A stretch of DNA of 64,000 nucleotides from Opitutales bacterium (GTDB lineage Bacteria > Verrucomicrobiota > Verrucomicrobiia > Opitutales > UBA953): positions 8,393 to 72,392 of the forward strand of contig JBIKIO010000001.1 in the NCBI GenBank assembly GCA_044361555.1, in the 5' to 3' direction. The translations under genes were made by a program, and so were the position numbers. The notes under the pieces are model-generated. The model was not told the origin of the DNA and searched no databases. It worked only from the letters and a program-made list of their open reading frames with translations. Within the stretch, counting starts at the first letter, position 1. Each line of letters opens with the position of its first letter. Of the stretch, positions 19,011 through 27,205 are shown piece by piece.

Positions 19011-21209
19011 TCAGCTGAGTTTATGGAAAAGCACTGCGATGGTCCGGTCGTCGTGATGACCCTTCTGATAGGAATCTAGCCAGGCGCAAAGGCCGCCCCG
19101 CTCCTTGAAGGTCTCTACGCGCTCGGTATCATTCTCCGTGAAAGGCTCGCGCTCGACGATGGGTTTTAGTTCTTCAGCAAGAAGATCCCAGATTGCGGGT
19201 TTATCGTCCTCTCCGTGCGGGATCAGCGGGTCGCTGACTCCGTCGCTCATGAGCAACAAAGCGTAGTTCTCGGGAAGCTTCGTATGGACTAGCCTCTTTT
19301 CCGCGTCATTGGCTCCTTTATTAAGGATAAATAGCGTCTGTCCTGCGGATTGGCCGTGATCAGGAACGCACTTAAGTCCTGAGGCGCCTCCGGCGAGACC
19401 AAGTCCGATGGCGCCGTCTCCGGCGGAGTAAGTCAGCAAGACGTCCCCCTCAGGCGTCGGAAGAACCAACGCAGCCAGGAAGGTGGCGTACATCTCCTTG
19501 GCTAGGAAGTCGGGGCGTCGTTCCTTGATGCATTCCGACTCGAACTCGATCTGGGCACTGATGGTCTGCACCAGGGCGGCGAAACCATCTAAGGCCGCCT
19601 GACTTCGCCCCTTCAGGCATTCAGGATTAGCCAGCAGGTCCTCTCCCAGCTTGACGAGAGATCTGACTCCGAAGGAAGCGACGATGCGTGAACCTCGACG
19701 AGAAAGAGGCGCTGATCCTGCGCCGTCGGAGACGATGATCGCGACCGCCTTGCCTTCATGGAAAAAGCGGGCATCGGCATGATCTTCACGGAAACTTCCG
19801 CCCTTCACATGGCTGCGCCCCCTGATTGAAGCGTACGCTAGGTCGAACCCGGCGGACTTCTGCCGACGAGAGACACGGTGGGGCTTGGAAAAAAGATCGT
19901 CCGGTTTTGCGACCTCATAGGAATTAGAAGATGAGCGCACCGCTTCGGCCATCTTCGCTAGACTGGGAACCTCGTCGTCGGAAACAACGGCATCCTTGTC
20001 GGAGTCGGCTTCCTCGATCTGCTTCCAGAGTTGCTCGGCGTCCATATTGCAGGTAAGCAGCAGATCGATTTCATGCGTGAGGCTTTCGCAGCCCCGGCAG
20101 GCGAATATGACGCGTATCTTATTATCATTGCCTACGGTCGGAAGCCCTTTGATGCGCTGCGTCTCGAAGTCAGCCTCCAGGGAGCCCAGACCTTTGGCGT
20201 CTTTCCAGATGAGCCACTGAGCATCAAAAGATAGGATTGATTTAAGGTCATAATCAACCTCCTGCCCCTGCTTGGCATTCTCAAGACGAACGGGTGTAGG
20301 CATCTTGGACTTCCACTCGAAGAACTTTTCGGCGACGGTCGGGAATTCTGCCTGCAAGGTGACCTCCAAGGTCTCAGCCTTGATTTCATCGCGCAGTTCA
20401 GGGTCAGCCGTGATCGCCGGATCCGAAACCTCCAGGACAAACTTGACCTTCCGGTCCTTGAAGAAGGCGTAGGCGTCATTGAGTACCATGACCATCCCCT
20501 CGCGATCCCAGGCCAGATAGGAGCGAAGGGACCCCTCGCGCATCGTCACCTTGAGCGGGGTGGATTTGAATTTTTCCGAAAAATCGAGGGTACCGCCGCC
20601 GATGCTGAGGACGTAGGCAGCCGGAATAGCATTCCTGAACGCAGTGAACCTGACCTTGAATTCCTTTCGGGATTCTTCGACTCGGTCTCGGCGATCCTGC
20701 TCCTGCTTCTTGCGCTCTGCTTCGGCCTTTTTCTTCGTCTGTTCAGGAGTCTCGACACCGACCGCAGGAGCAGCAGGCGCGGACTCGGCGCTTCCGGACT
20801 TCTCCGGGGCGGCGACAGCCCCTTGACCACCCGCCTGGACCGCACATCCGGAATCAGGCACCTTATCAGAGCGTGTGCTTTTCATCATGAAATATAAAAA
20901 AGCCGCCGAGGCGGCGCAAGTGAACGAAGCCCAAAGCATACACACCGTTAACAAAACCCAATCCAAGCACAACTTAAGGAAAGGAACCAATAACCCGCTA
21001 CCGTCAGCGACGAGATCCTTCCCAGAAGGTAATGTTGCAGACTGATGCTCCAAGTAGCTCCAACGGTAGACACCATATGCCGCCACGAACGGCAAGCCCA
21101 ACACGATTATCCACCCCATCACTGAGGCGGCAACATGGAGTATGTAGCCTAACTTGAGCAGATCGGACAAGCCCCATCGATGCTCCTTACCGCCGATTGG
21201 CTCAGCCAT
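19011..21209 (-). CDS. Membrane-anchored PP2C-family protein phosphatase, 732 aa
   Basis: N-terminal hydrophobic helices (ILHVAASVMGWIIVLGLPFVAAYGVY; WVLLTVCMLWASFTCAASAAFLYFMM). A charged linker. C-terminal PP2C_2-like motifs SIRGRSHVKGGSFREDH, AIIVSDGAGSAPLSRRGSRI, LLLMSDGVSD. The ATG at 21209 directly abuts the upstream TAA (TAAATG). Confidence 0.9.
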   Translation of the reverse strand: MAEPIGGKEHRWGLSDLLKLGYILHVAASVMGWIIVLGLPFVAAYGVYRWSYLEHQSATLPSGKDLVADGSGLLVPFLKLCLDWVLLTVCMLWASFTCAASAAFLYFMMKSTRSDKVPDSGCAVQAGGQGAVAAPEKSGSAESAPAAPAVGVETPEQTKKKAEAERKKQEQDRRDRVEESRKEFKVRFTAFRNAIPAAYVLSIGGGTLDFSEKFKSTPLKVTMREGSLRSYLAWDREGMVMVLNDAYAFFKDRKVKFVLEVSDPAITADPELRDEIKAETLEVTLQAEFPTVAEKFFEWKSKMPTPVRLENAKQGQEVDYDLKSILSFDAQWLIWKDAKGLGSLEADFETQRIKGLPTVGNDNKIRVIFACRGCESLTHEIDLLLTCNMDAEQLWKQIEEADSDKDAVVSDDEVPSLAKMAEAVRSSSNSYEVAKPDDLFSKPHRVSRRQKSAGFDLAYASIRGRSHVKGGSFREDHADARFFHEGKAVAIIVSDGAGSAPLSRRGSRIVASFGVRSLVKLGEDLLANPECLKGRSQAALDGFAALVQTISAQIEFESECIKERRPDFLAKEMYATFLAALVLPTPEGDVLLTYSAGDGAIGLGLAGGASGLKCVPDHGQSAGQTLFILNKGANDAEKRLVHTKLPENYALLLMSDGVSDPLIPHGEDDKPAIWDLLAEELKPIVEREPFTENDTERVETFKERGGLCAWLDSYQKGHHDDRTIAVLFHKLS

Positions 21210-21938
21210 TTAGGTAAGCTGAGGAGGGGGCGGAGGCAGCGGAGGGTTTCCGGCGGAGGTCGGTCCAGGCGAAGGGGCACCAGGCGGCGGCGGCGGCGCG
21301 CCACCGGCCATATCATCCGGATTGGCACTCCCGGATACGGCCGCGATCGAGGCGGAGACCCACTTGAAGAAGGCCTGCATTTTCATCGGGTCAGCCGTGC
21401 TGACATGGACCAGATTGGTCACCGATTCGTCGGGGTATCCAGCGGGCGCATCGGAAGCATCAAGGAAACGGACTAGGTTGGATTCGTCGGCGCCATTGAC
21501 GGCGCACGCGACACGCACGCCCCAGCGGAGCTTCTTGAATTCACGGATACCGGCATCAAAGTCATCGGTCGGAACGCCGTCAGTCAGGAAGAACACCATC
21601 GGGCGCCAATCACCGGCGGTACTTCCGGTCTTGGGCACGAGGTCGGCCTTGCGGGTGCGCACGAGCAGCTCTAGCGCCTCCCCCATGGCCGTCGAACCGG
21701 CGGCATCCAGGACGGCAGGCACGTTGAAACTTTCCAAGGAAGTGAGCGGAACCTCGACCTTGGCGGAAGCGCCAAAAGAGATGAGGCAAAGGTGTGCCGT
21801 TTCGAGGGCCTGAGGGTCGGCGCGTAGGCCGTCGATGATGCTGCTCAGCTGGGTACGGACCTGGTTAATCGGATCACCGCTCATCGAACCAGAGGTATCG
21901 ACGAGGAAGTAGATAGGGAGACGGCGGGCGGAGCTCAT
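21210..21938 (-). CDS. TerY-type vWA protein with polyproline C-terminal tail
   Basis: MSSARRLPIYFLVDTSGSMSGDPI (MIDAS), AGSTAMG, FFLTDGVPTDD. The tail is GGAPPPPPGAPSPGPTSAGNPPLPPPPPQLT. Confidence 0.9.
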   Translation of the reverse strand: MSSARRLPIYFLVDTSGSMSGDPINQVRTQLSSIIDGLRADPQALETAHLCLISFGASAKVEVPLTSLESFNVPAVLDAAGSTAMGEALELLVRTRKADLVPKTGSTAGDWRPMVFFLTDGVPTDDFDAGIREFKKLRWGVRVACAVNGADESNLVRFLDASDAPAGYPDESVTNLVHVSTADPMKMQAFFKWVSASIAAVSGSANPDDMAGGAPPPPPGAPSPGPTSAGNPPLPPPPPQLT

Positions 21939-22024
21939 GGGGGTGTGCCTTTGGGATACCCCCTCCCCTCCCCCCCGTCAAGCGTCTGGATTTCTTGTGT
22001 TCTTATACGAACTTTATCGCAAAA

Positions 22025-22690
22025 CTATGCGCTATCGTCTGGCCGCAGGCCAGCCCGCGCGGAGGGGGCCGTCGGACCGAGCCCGCCCGGCAAGGAGGCA
22101 GAATTCCCCCCGGAGTCTTCATTCCCGAGAATCAGACTCAGCATGAGGCAGAACCTGGTGACCGCACCGGCTCCGGCATCCTGACCGAAAAGAGACAGAT
22201 GGGAAGACCTGCACTGCCGTTCGCCGACAAATCTCTCCAGTTGGCCTTCATCCGCACCGGACAAACCCCAAGCGACGCGCGCAGACCAGGACGCGGCGTC
22301 CACGCGACCGATGGCGGCATCGAAATCATCCGTAGCGACACCGTCCGAGACGAGGAGCGCCACGGGAGCAAGGCGACATAGGGAAGGCATCTCAGAAGGC
22401 CTGCTCCGCACTTCAAGCATGAGGTCGATCGCCGCCCCCGTCGCCGTCGAACCAGCAGTCTCAAGGTCCGCCGGGAACTCAATGTCATCGAGAGAGACGG
22501 GCGGAGCCAGAAGCCGCGCCTCGCCGCTGAAACCGACCAAGCAGACGTCCACCCTTCCGTGGATCAGGTCGTTCTTCGACATGGCATCCTTAAGCAGGCG
22601 GAGGTTTCCGAGCAAAGAAGTCATGGGCTCTCCCGCCATCGAGCCAGAAGTGTCGATGAGGATGAAAACTGTCAGTCGGCCCAGGGCCAT
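22025..22690 (-). CDS. Small vWA (TerY-like) protein, 221 aa
   Basis: An internal ATG at 22690-22688 lies 2 nt after the upstream stop (TGACCATGG). It gives MALGRLTVFILIDTSGSMAGEPM, then AGSTATG and LLVSDGVATDD. The longer track ORF (to 22828) would overlap the upstream gene. Confidence 0.85.
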   Translation of the reverse strand: MALGRLTVFILIDTSGSMAGEPMTSLLGNLRLLKDAMSKNDLIHGRVDVCLVGFSGEARLLAPPVSLDDIEFPADLETAGSTATGAAIDLMLEVRSRPSEMPSLCRLAPVALLVSDGVATDDFDAAIGRVDAASWSARVAWGLSGADEGQLERFVGERQCRSSHLSLFGQDAGAGAVTRFCLMLSLILGNEDSGGNSASLPGGLGPTAPSARAGLRPDDSA

Positions 22691-22692
22691 GG

Positions 22693-23232
22693 TCAGATCA
22701 GGCCAAGCCAATTCTCGACGTCCTGAGGAGTCACGCTGAAGACGTCTCCGGCCGGCCTGCGCCCACCCTTCGGCCAGTTCTCGAAATAGGCCAGCGACTC
22801 CCTGCATGAGGCATCCGCGCCGAGGCATATCCTGAGCGCCTTGGAAACCTGAGCGAAGGACCCGGCGACCTCGACGACGTCGTCGACGAAATGACCGTCA
22901 GAAAGCAGCACGATGAGGTCGGATTCCGTATCGCCGTTCTGCGCGATATCTTCCTCAAGAAGGCGCGTGGCCGCACCAAGGGAGGCTCCGCCGAAGGCCG
23001 CCAGCTCGTAGGCGTTCGGGAAGACCAAACTATCTATGTCCAGGTCCTTCGCCAGCCATTCAGCCGAAGTATCGAAGGCAACCAAACTAACCAGCACGTT
23101 TCCGTAAAGATGGCGGTTCGCCCTGAGGGTCGACAGGAGGCTCCACTCAACGAAAGCGCCTGCCTGTCCGGCTGGCGCGCCCGCCATGGAGGACGACCGG
23201 TCCAATAAGAGGGTGATTTTGCGTAGGCTCAT
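22693..23232 (-). CDS. Small vWA-like protein, 179 aa
   Basis: MSLRKITLLLDRSSSMAGAP (DxSxS), then LIVLLSDGHFVDD. ATGA overlap with the upstream gene at 23229-23232. Confidence 0.8.
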   Translation of the reverse strand: MSLRKITLLLDRSSSMAGAPAGQAGAFVEWSLLSTLRANRHLYGNVLVSLVAFDTSAEWLAKDLDIDSLVFPNAYELAAFGGASLGAATRLLEEDIAQNGDTESDLIVLLSDGHFVDDVVEVAGSFAQVSKALRICLGADASCRESLAYFENWPKGGRRPAGDVFSVTPQDVENWLGLI

Positions 23233-24746
23233 GGGCGCGGCGTCGTCAGGTATCCCGCGAGGATACGCACCTCGATGACCACCGTACCCAAGGTAAGCTT
23301 ATTGCCGTTCTTCAGGACATGGATGGTCTTAGACATGTGATTCGTGAGCACGGCCTTGCCGTCCTTGAGCTGGAAACTCGCGATCTCAGCGGGATACCCG
23401 CTCTTGATCGGCAAACGGACGGTAGCATCGCGAGAAGTCCCGATCATCACGAGACGGGACCCAAGGTTGACCGTCGTGGTCTCGTTTTTCGCCCAGTGTA
23501 CCACGAGGTAAGCCTCCCGGGCCACGGCTTCGGCGATTGTTACGGCCAGGGCGATGAACAAGCCCAGGAACGCGGCCCCCATCAGCCGCGAAGCCATGTC
23601 AGCGCCCGACATCGACACGAGCAGGAATCCTCCTACCGCGACTAAACCTCCCAAGGCGCCAAAGATCACGGACCTGATGACGTTCAGGTTCGGCATCGCC
23701 AGCGTGATCGTCAGACCTAGCCCGGCGCCCACGAAAGTCCAAGAGGCGATTCGCGGGAGTTCGCCGTAATCCTTCACCTCACCCAAGGCATAGGTATAGA
23801 GCGCCTGAGCGATGACACCGGCGGCGAAACCGAGCCCAAGGCTGATGGCCATCGTTCTCAGGACGGGCAAAGGCCGGAGTGAGCCACCTAGCAGAACTTG
23901 CTGGAAAGTCTCCACCGCCACGGCGATGCCGAAACAGACCAGGCCGACCCAAAGACCCGCCTGCAACGCGTCCGGCCAGAAATTCTTACGGACCAGGGCG
24001 ACATCGATCTTGGCCCCCGGCACTCCGGTACCTCTCAACACGGAACTGTCCGCCACGGCGACGGCCACCTCCTTGAAGAGATTAGCCAACCCTTCGGACT
24101 GTCGGCCATAGCGGTCCATGGTGAAGGCTTTCCCAGGAGCGGCGGACGAGAGAAAGGCGTAATCATCGGTCAGCGAAGCCAGCGTGACCACGTCAACCTC
24201 GTCGACCTTCGCGGCCTTCAGCTTGGCGACGACATCGTCGGTGGAGAAGATCTCATCATCAGGGATGTCGGTCGTCTCATCGGTGATCAGGATGACCACC
24301 TTACGGGCGTCACGATTGAAGGGCACCCCCGCCGCCACGGCCAGACCGGACAGCGAGCTATCTCCAGAAAAAGCCCTCCCACCTTTGACGAACAAAGGCT
24401 TCATCGCCTCGACGACCTTTCTGACATCAGAGGTCAGAGGATGCGTCACACGTGCGTCGCTGTCGAAAGTCACCAATCCGAAACGACCCTTGATCTTGCG
24501 CGCCTCGAGCTGACCGAGGAACTCGGTCAGACTGTTACGCACCCCTTCGAGCTCTCCCGACATGCTGCCGGAGATATCCAGGACGAAGACGAGGTCCACC
24601 GGCCGCTGATCCTCCGCGACGAGGATGGTCTCGGCACGCTTCTCCCCCACCCACCTCTCGGCGAACAAGGCAAGAAGGAGGCCGCCAAGGAGACCAGCTA
24701 CGCCGAGGACCAGCCATTTGGGAGAGCGCGCGAGCAGAGAACGCAT
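23229..24746 (-). CDS. Signal-anchor + vWA + polytopic TM core + C-terminal FHA-like domain (paralog 1)
   Basis: N-terminal helix WLVLGVAGLLGGLLLALF. vWA motifs VDLVFVLDISGSMSGE and VILITDETTD. Multiple hydrophobic helices follow. C-terminus: YLVVHWAKNETTTVNLGSRLVMIGTSRDATVRLPIKSGYPAEIASFQLKDGKAVLTNHMSKTIHVLKNGNKLTLGTVVIEVRI. Confidence 0.9.
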   Translation of the reverse strand: MRSLLARSPKWLVLGVAGLLGGLLLALFAERWVGEKRAETILVAEDQRPVDLVFVLDISGSMSGELEGVRNSLTEFLGQLEARKIKGRFGLVTFDSDARVTHPLTSDVRKVVEAMKPLFVKGGRAFSGDSSLSGLAVAAGVPFNRDARKVVILITDETTDIPDDEIFSTDDVVAKLKAAKVDEVDVVTLASLTDDYAFLSSAAPGKAFTMDRYGRQSEGLANLFKEVAVAVADSSVLRGTGVPGAKIDVALVRKNFWPDALQAGLWVGLVCFGIAVAVETFQQVLLGGSLRPLPVLRTMAISLGLGFAAGVIAQALYTYALGEVKDYGELPRIASWTFVGAGLGLTITLAMPNLNVIRSVIFGALGGLVAVGGFLLVSMSGADMASRLMGAAFLGLFIALAVTIAEAVAREAYLVVHWAKNETTTVNLGSRLVMIGTSRDATVRLPIKSGYPAEIASFQLKDGKAVLTNHMSKTIHVLKNGNKLTLGTVVIEVRILAGYLTTPRP

Positions 24747-24760
24747 GGTGGCGAAGGGAA

Positions 24761-26266
24761 TCAGTGGATGATCCGGACCTCGATGACGACCGTGCCGAGC
24801 GTCAGCTTGTTGCCGTCCTTAAGGACGTGGGTCGTGTGGGACATGTGGTTGATCAAAGTCGGCTTACCGCCCACGACCTTGAAGGTGGCGACGGCCCCGG
24901 GATAGCCGGTCTTGGGCGAGATCCGGACGGTCGACTCGACGCTGGTGCCGACGAGGACCGGCGCGCCGCCGATATTGACGGTGGATTTCTCGTTCTTCGC
25001 CCAATGCACGATAAGGTAGGCCTCCCGGGCGATCACCTCAGCCATCGCCACCGCGATGCCGACCGAGAAACCGATCAGCAAGGCGCCGACGACCCGGCCG
25101 CCGAAGTCGGAAAAGCGCATCCCACCGACGATGAGCATGAACGCCACGCAGCCGACGAAACCGCCGGCGGAAGCGCAGAGCAGCGCGTTCAGTTTCGAGA
25201 TATTGGGGATCACGAAGGTCATCGCGAAGCCGAGCCCGGCGCCGACCACGACCCATGAGATGATCTTACCCAAGGCATCGGGCGTGCCTAAGGCATCAAG
25301 GCCGAAGAACAAGGTCTGCCCAAGGACGCCGGAGGCGGCGCCGATCAGGGTCCCGAGCAGCATCGACTTGAGCAGACCGGGCACACGCAACGAACCCGTC
25401 AGCATGTACTTCTGACCAGCGACCAAGGAAAGTCCGACGCCGATCGAAACCATCGAAAGCCAGAGACCCACGGACATGACACCCTTGAGATAAGAGGTGA
25501 AGGAGTGGTCCTTCTGAGCATCCTCCGCGACGCTGCCCAACATGGAGGGGCTGACCACTTCCCGTGCGACCCCCTCGAAGATACGCGCAAGGCTGCTTTC
25601 GGTCCGCCCGGAGGCATCCAGGACGAAACGCTTCCCGGGGACCTGCTCCTTGAGGAAATCGAAGGTGTCGATGATCCCTGAAGAAGCGACGACATGGACG
25701 GATTCGATGCCGCCAGCGCGAAGTTCCGAGGCCAGGCCTGAAGCCGAAACAATCTGCCCATCCGGTTCGTGCCAGGTTTCATCGGTGATGAGGACGACGA
25801 CCCGGCGCGAAGCGGGGTCAAAAGCGAGACCGGCGGCGACCTTCAATCCGTCCAACGAACTCTCCCCGCTATTGTCGCCACCGCCCGAAGCCCGGAGCCT
25901 TGTCATGCCAGAAGAGAACACCATCGGATCCGATGTGAAAACTTGGATCACTTCAGTCCCCTGGTCATAGGTGAGATCACGGAAAGTCACCAAGGCGAAG
26001 CGCATCGGCACGCCGGAGGCCTTCGACTGTCGGGTGAATTCGACGATGCTCGACCTGACGCCGTTGATCTCCTTCTGCATGCTGCCGCTGACATCCAGCA
26101 CGAACACGAGATCCACCGGCGATTTATTGGGCTGAGCGGCGGCCACCGGCACAGATTCGGTCAAAGCTGCGGCCGGTTCGCCGAGCAGCGAAAATAAGAG
26201 CCCTCCCGTCATGCCGACGACGCCGAAGACCAGCCACTTGGGCGCACGATTGAGGAAGGAACGCAT
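24761..26266 (-). CDS. Signal-anchor + vWA + polytopic TM core + C-terminal FHA-like domain (paralog 2)
   Basis: Same architecture as 23229-24746. vWA motifs VDLVFVLDVSGSMQKE and VVLITDETWHE. C-terminus: YLIVHWAKNEKSTVNIGGAPVLVGTSVESTVRISPKTGYPGAVATFKVVGGKPTLINHMSHTTHVLKDGNKLTLGTVVIEVRI. Confidence 0.9.
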   Translation of the reverse strand: MRSFLNRAPKWLVFGVVGMTGGLLFSLLGEPAAALTESVPVAAAQPNKSPVDLVFVLDVSGSMQKEINGVRSSIVEFTRQSKASGVPMRFALVTFRDLTYDQGTEVIQVFTSDPMVFSSGMTRLRASGGGDNSGESSLDGLKVAAGLAFDPASRRVVVLITDETWHEPDGQIVSASGLASELRAGGIESVHVVASSGIIDTFDFLKEQVPGKRFVLDASGRTESSLARIFEGVAREVVSPSMLGSVAEDAQKDHSFTSYLKGVMSVGLWLSMVSIGVGLSLVAGQKYMLTGSLRVPGLLKSMLLGTLIGAASGVLGQTLFFGLDALGTPDALGKIISWVVVGAGLGFAMTFVIPNISKLNALLCASAGGFVGCVAFMLIVGGMRFSDFGGRVVGALLIGFSVGIAVAMAEVIAREAYLIVHWAKNEKSTVNIGGAPVLVGTSVESTVRISPKTGYPGAVATFKVVGGKPTLINHMSHTTHVLKDGNKLTLGTVVIEVRIIH

Positions 26267-26271
26267 AGTTT

Positions 26272-27198
26272 TCAGGAGAAGAGATGGATTTCGATCACCA
26301 CGCTGCCCAAGGTCAGTTTGTTGCCGTTGCGAAGGGCATGCGTCGAGCGAGACATATGGTTCACCATCGTGGCCTGGCCTCCCTGCAGGCTGAAGGTCGC
26401 CACGATCGGAGGATAACCAGCCGAAGAAGCCATGCGGATGGTCGATTCGCGCGAACTTCCGACGGTGACCGGCTTTTCGCCCAAGTTGACTCGGGTGAAC
26501 TCACCCGGGCCCCAGACGACGCGAAGGTAACCCTCCTTGGCCGTGGCCTCCGCCACCGCGACGGACAGGCCGATGAAAAGCCCTATGATACCAGTCCCCA
26601 CGAGACGGGCGCCCACATCCGCGAGACCTTCGCCACTGGCTGAACTGCTAGAATCCATGACTGCACGTATGACCGTGTTGACAAAGATAAAGCCAACGCC
26701 GCCGGCCACACCGCCAGCAAAACCAAAAAGAGCTGACCTCGTGCTTTTGAGATTCGGCACTACGAAGGACAACGTTAGGCCAAGCCCGCCACCGGCGAGA
26801 CCCCACGCAATCGCCCTAAGTGTTTCAACGAAAAACACTCCGGAAAGAGGCCCGATGGCGACCTGAAAAAGGCACTCAGCCAGAGCTCCGGAAAGAAAGC
26901 CCAGGAACACGCCTACAGCCAGAGGACGAAGCAGGTCGGCGAAGAAATTTTCTGAATCGGAACCAAGAAGAACGCGCTGGCAACTAAAGATCAAAAAAGC
27001 CACTCCGACAGACGGACAGCAGAACCAAACACCCGTATGAAACATCCGCACAAGCAAAGGGATGTTCCTGCGAGTGTCATCCGCTGCGGCAATAATGAGG
27101 TTAATCAGTTCATAGGCCGCATTGAATAAGCCCGCCCCCAGTAATCCTGCCAAGGCGAAGACCAACCATTTCGGATATGCGGAGAGCAGTTTGCGCAT
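26272..27198 (-). CDS. Polytopic TM core + C-terminal FHA-like domain, no ectodomain (paralog 3)
   Basis: 308 aa. Hydrophobic helices run through the first ~220 aa. C-terminus: YLRVVWGPGEFTRVNLGEKPVTVGSSRESTIRMASSAGYPPIVATFSLQGGQATMVNHMSRSTHALRNGNKLTLGSVVIEIHL. Confidence 0.85.
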   Translation of the reverse strand: MRKLLSAYPKWLVFALAGLLGAGLFNAAYELINLIIAAADDTRRNIPLLVRMFHTGVWFCCPSVGVAFLIFSCQRVLLGSDSENFFADLLRPLAVGVFLGFLSGALAECLFQVAIGPLSGVFFVETLRAIAWGLAGGGLGLTLSFVVPNLKSTRSALFGFAGGVAGGVGFIFVNTVIRAVMDSSSSASGEGLADVGARLVGTGIIGLFIGLSVAVAEATAKEGYLRVVWGPGEFTRVNLGEKPVTVGSSRESTIRMASSAGYPPIVATFSLQGGQATMVNHMSRSTHALRNGNKLTLGSVVIEIHLFS

Positions 27199-27205
27199 GG
27201 GTGTA

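Noticed and set aside
23898-24905. The 335-aa plus-strand ORF. Similar cases: 27177-28061, 17731-18483, 14585-15235, 10126-10722 and 11981-12544.
   Set aside because: All are antisense to genes with clear vWA, kinase, AAA+ or other motifs. Their composition is dominated by R/G/D/H/P and no motifs are present.
9695-26266. Bat/aerotolerance-type MoxR operon (MoxR, DUF58, BatA-E)
   Set aside because: There is no DUF58-like gene and no TPR-fused BatB/BatC-type proteins. The ATPase is RavA-like, and the vWA membrane proteins carry an FHA-like tail that I do not associate with BatA/BatB.
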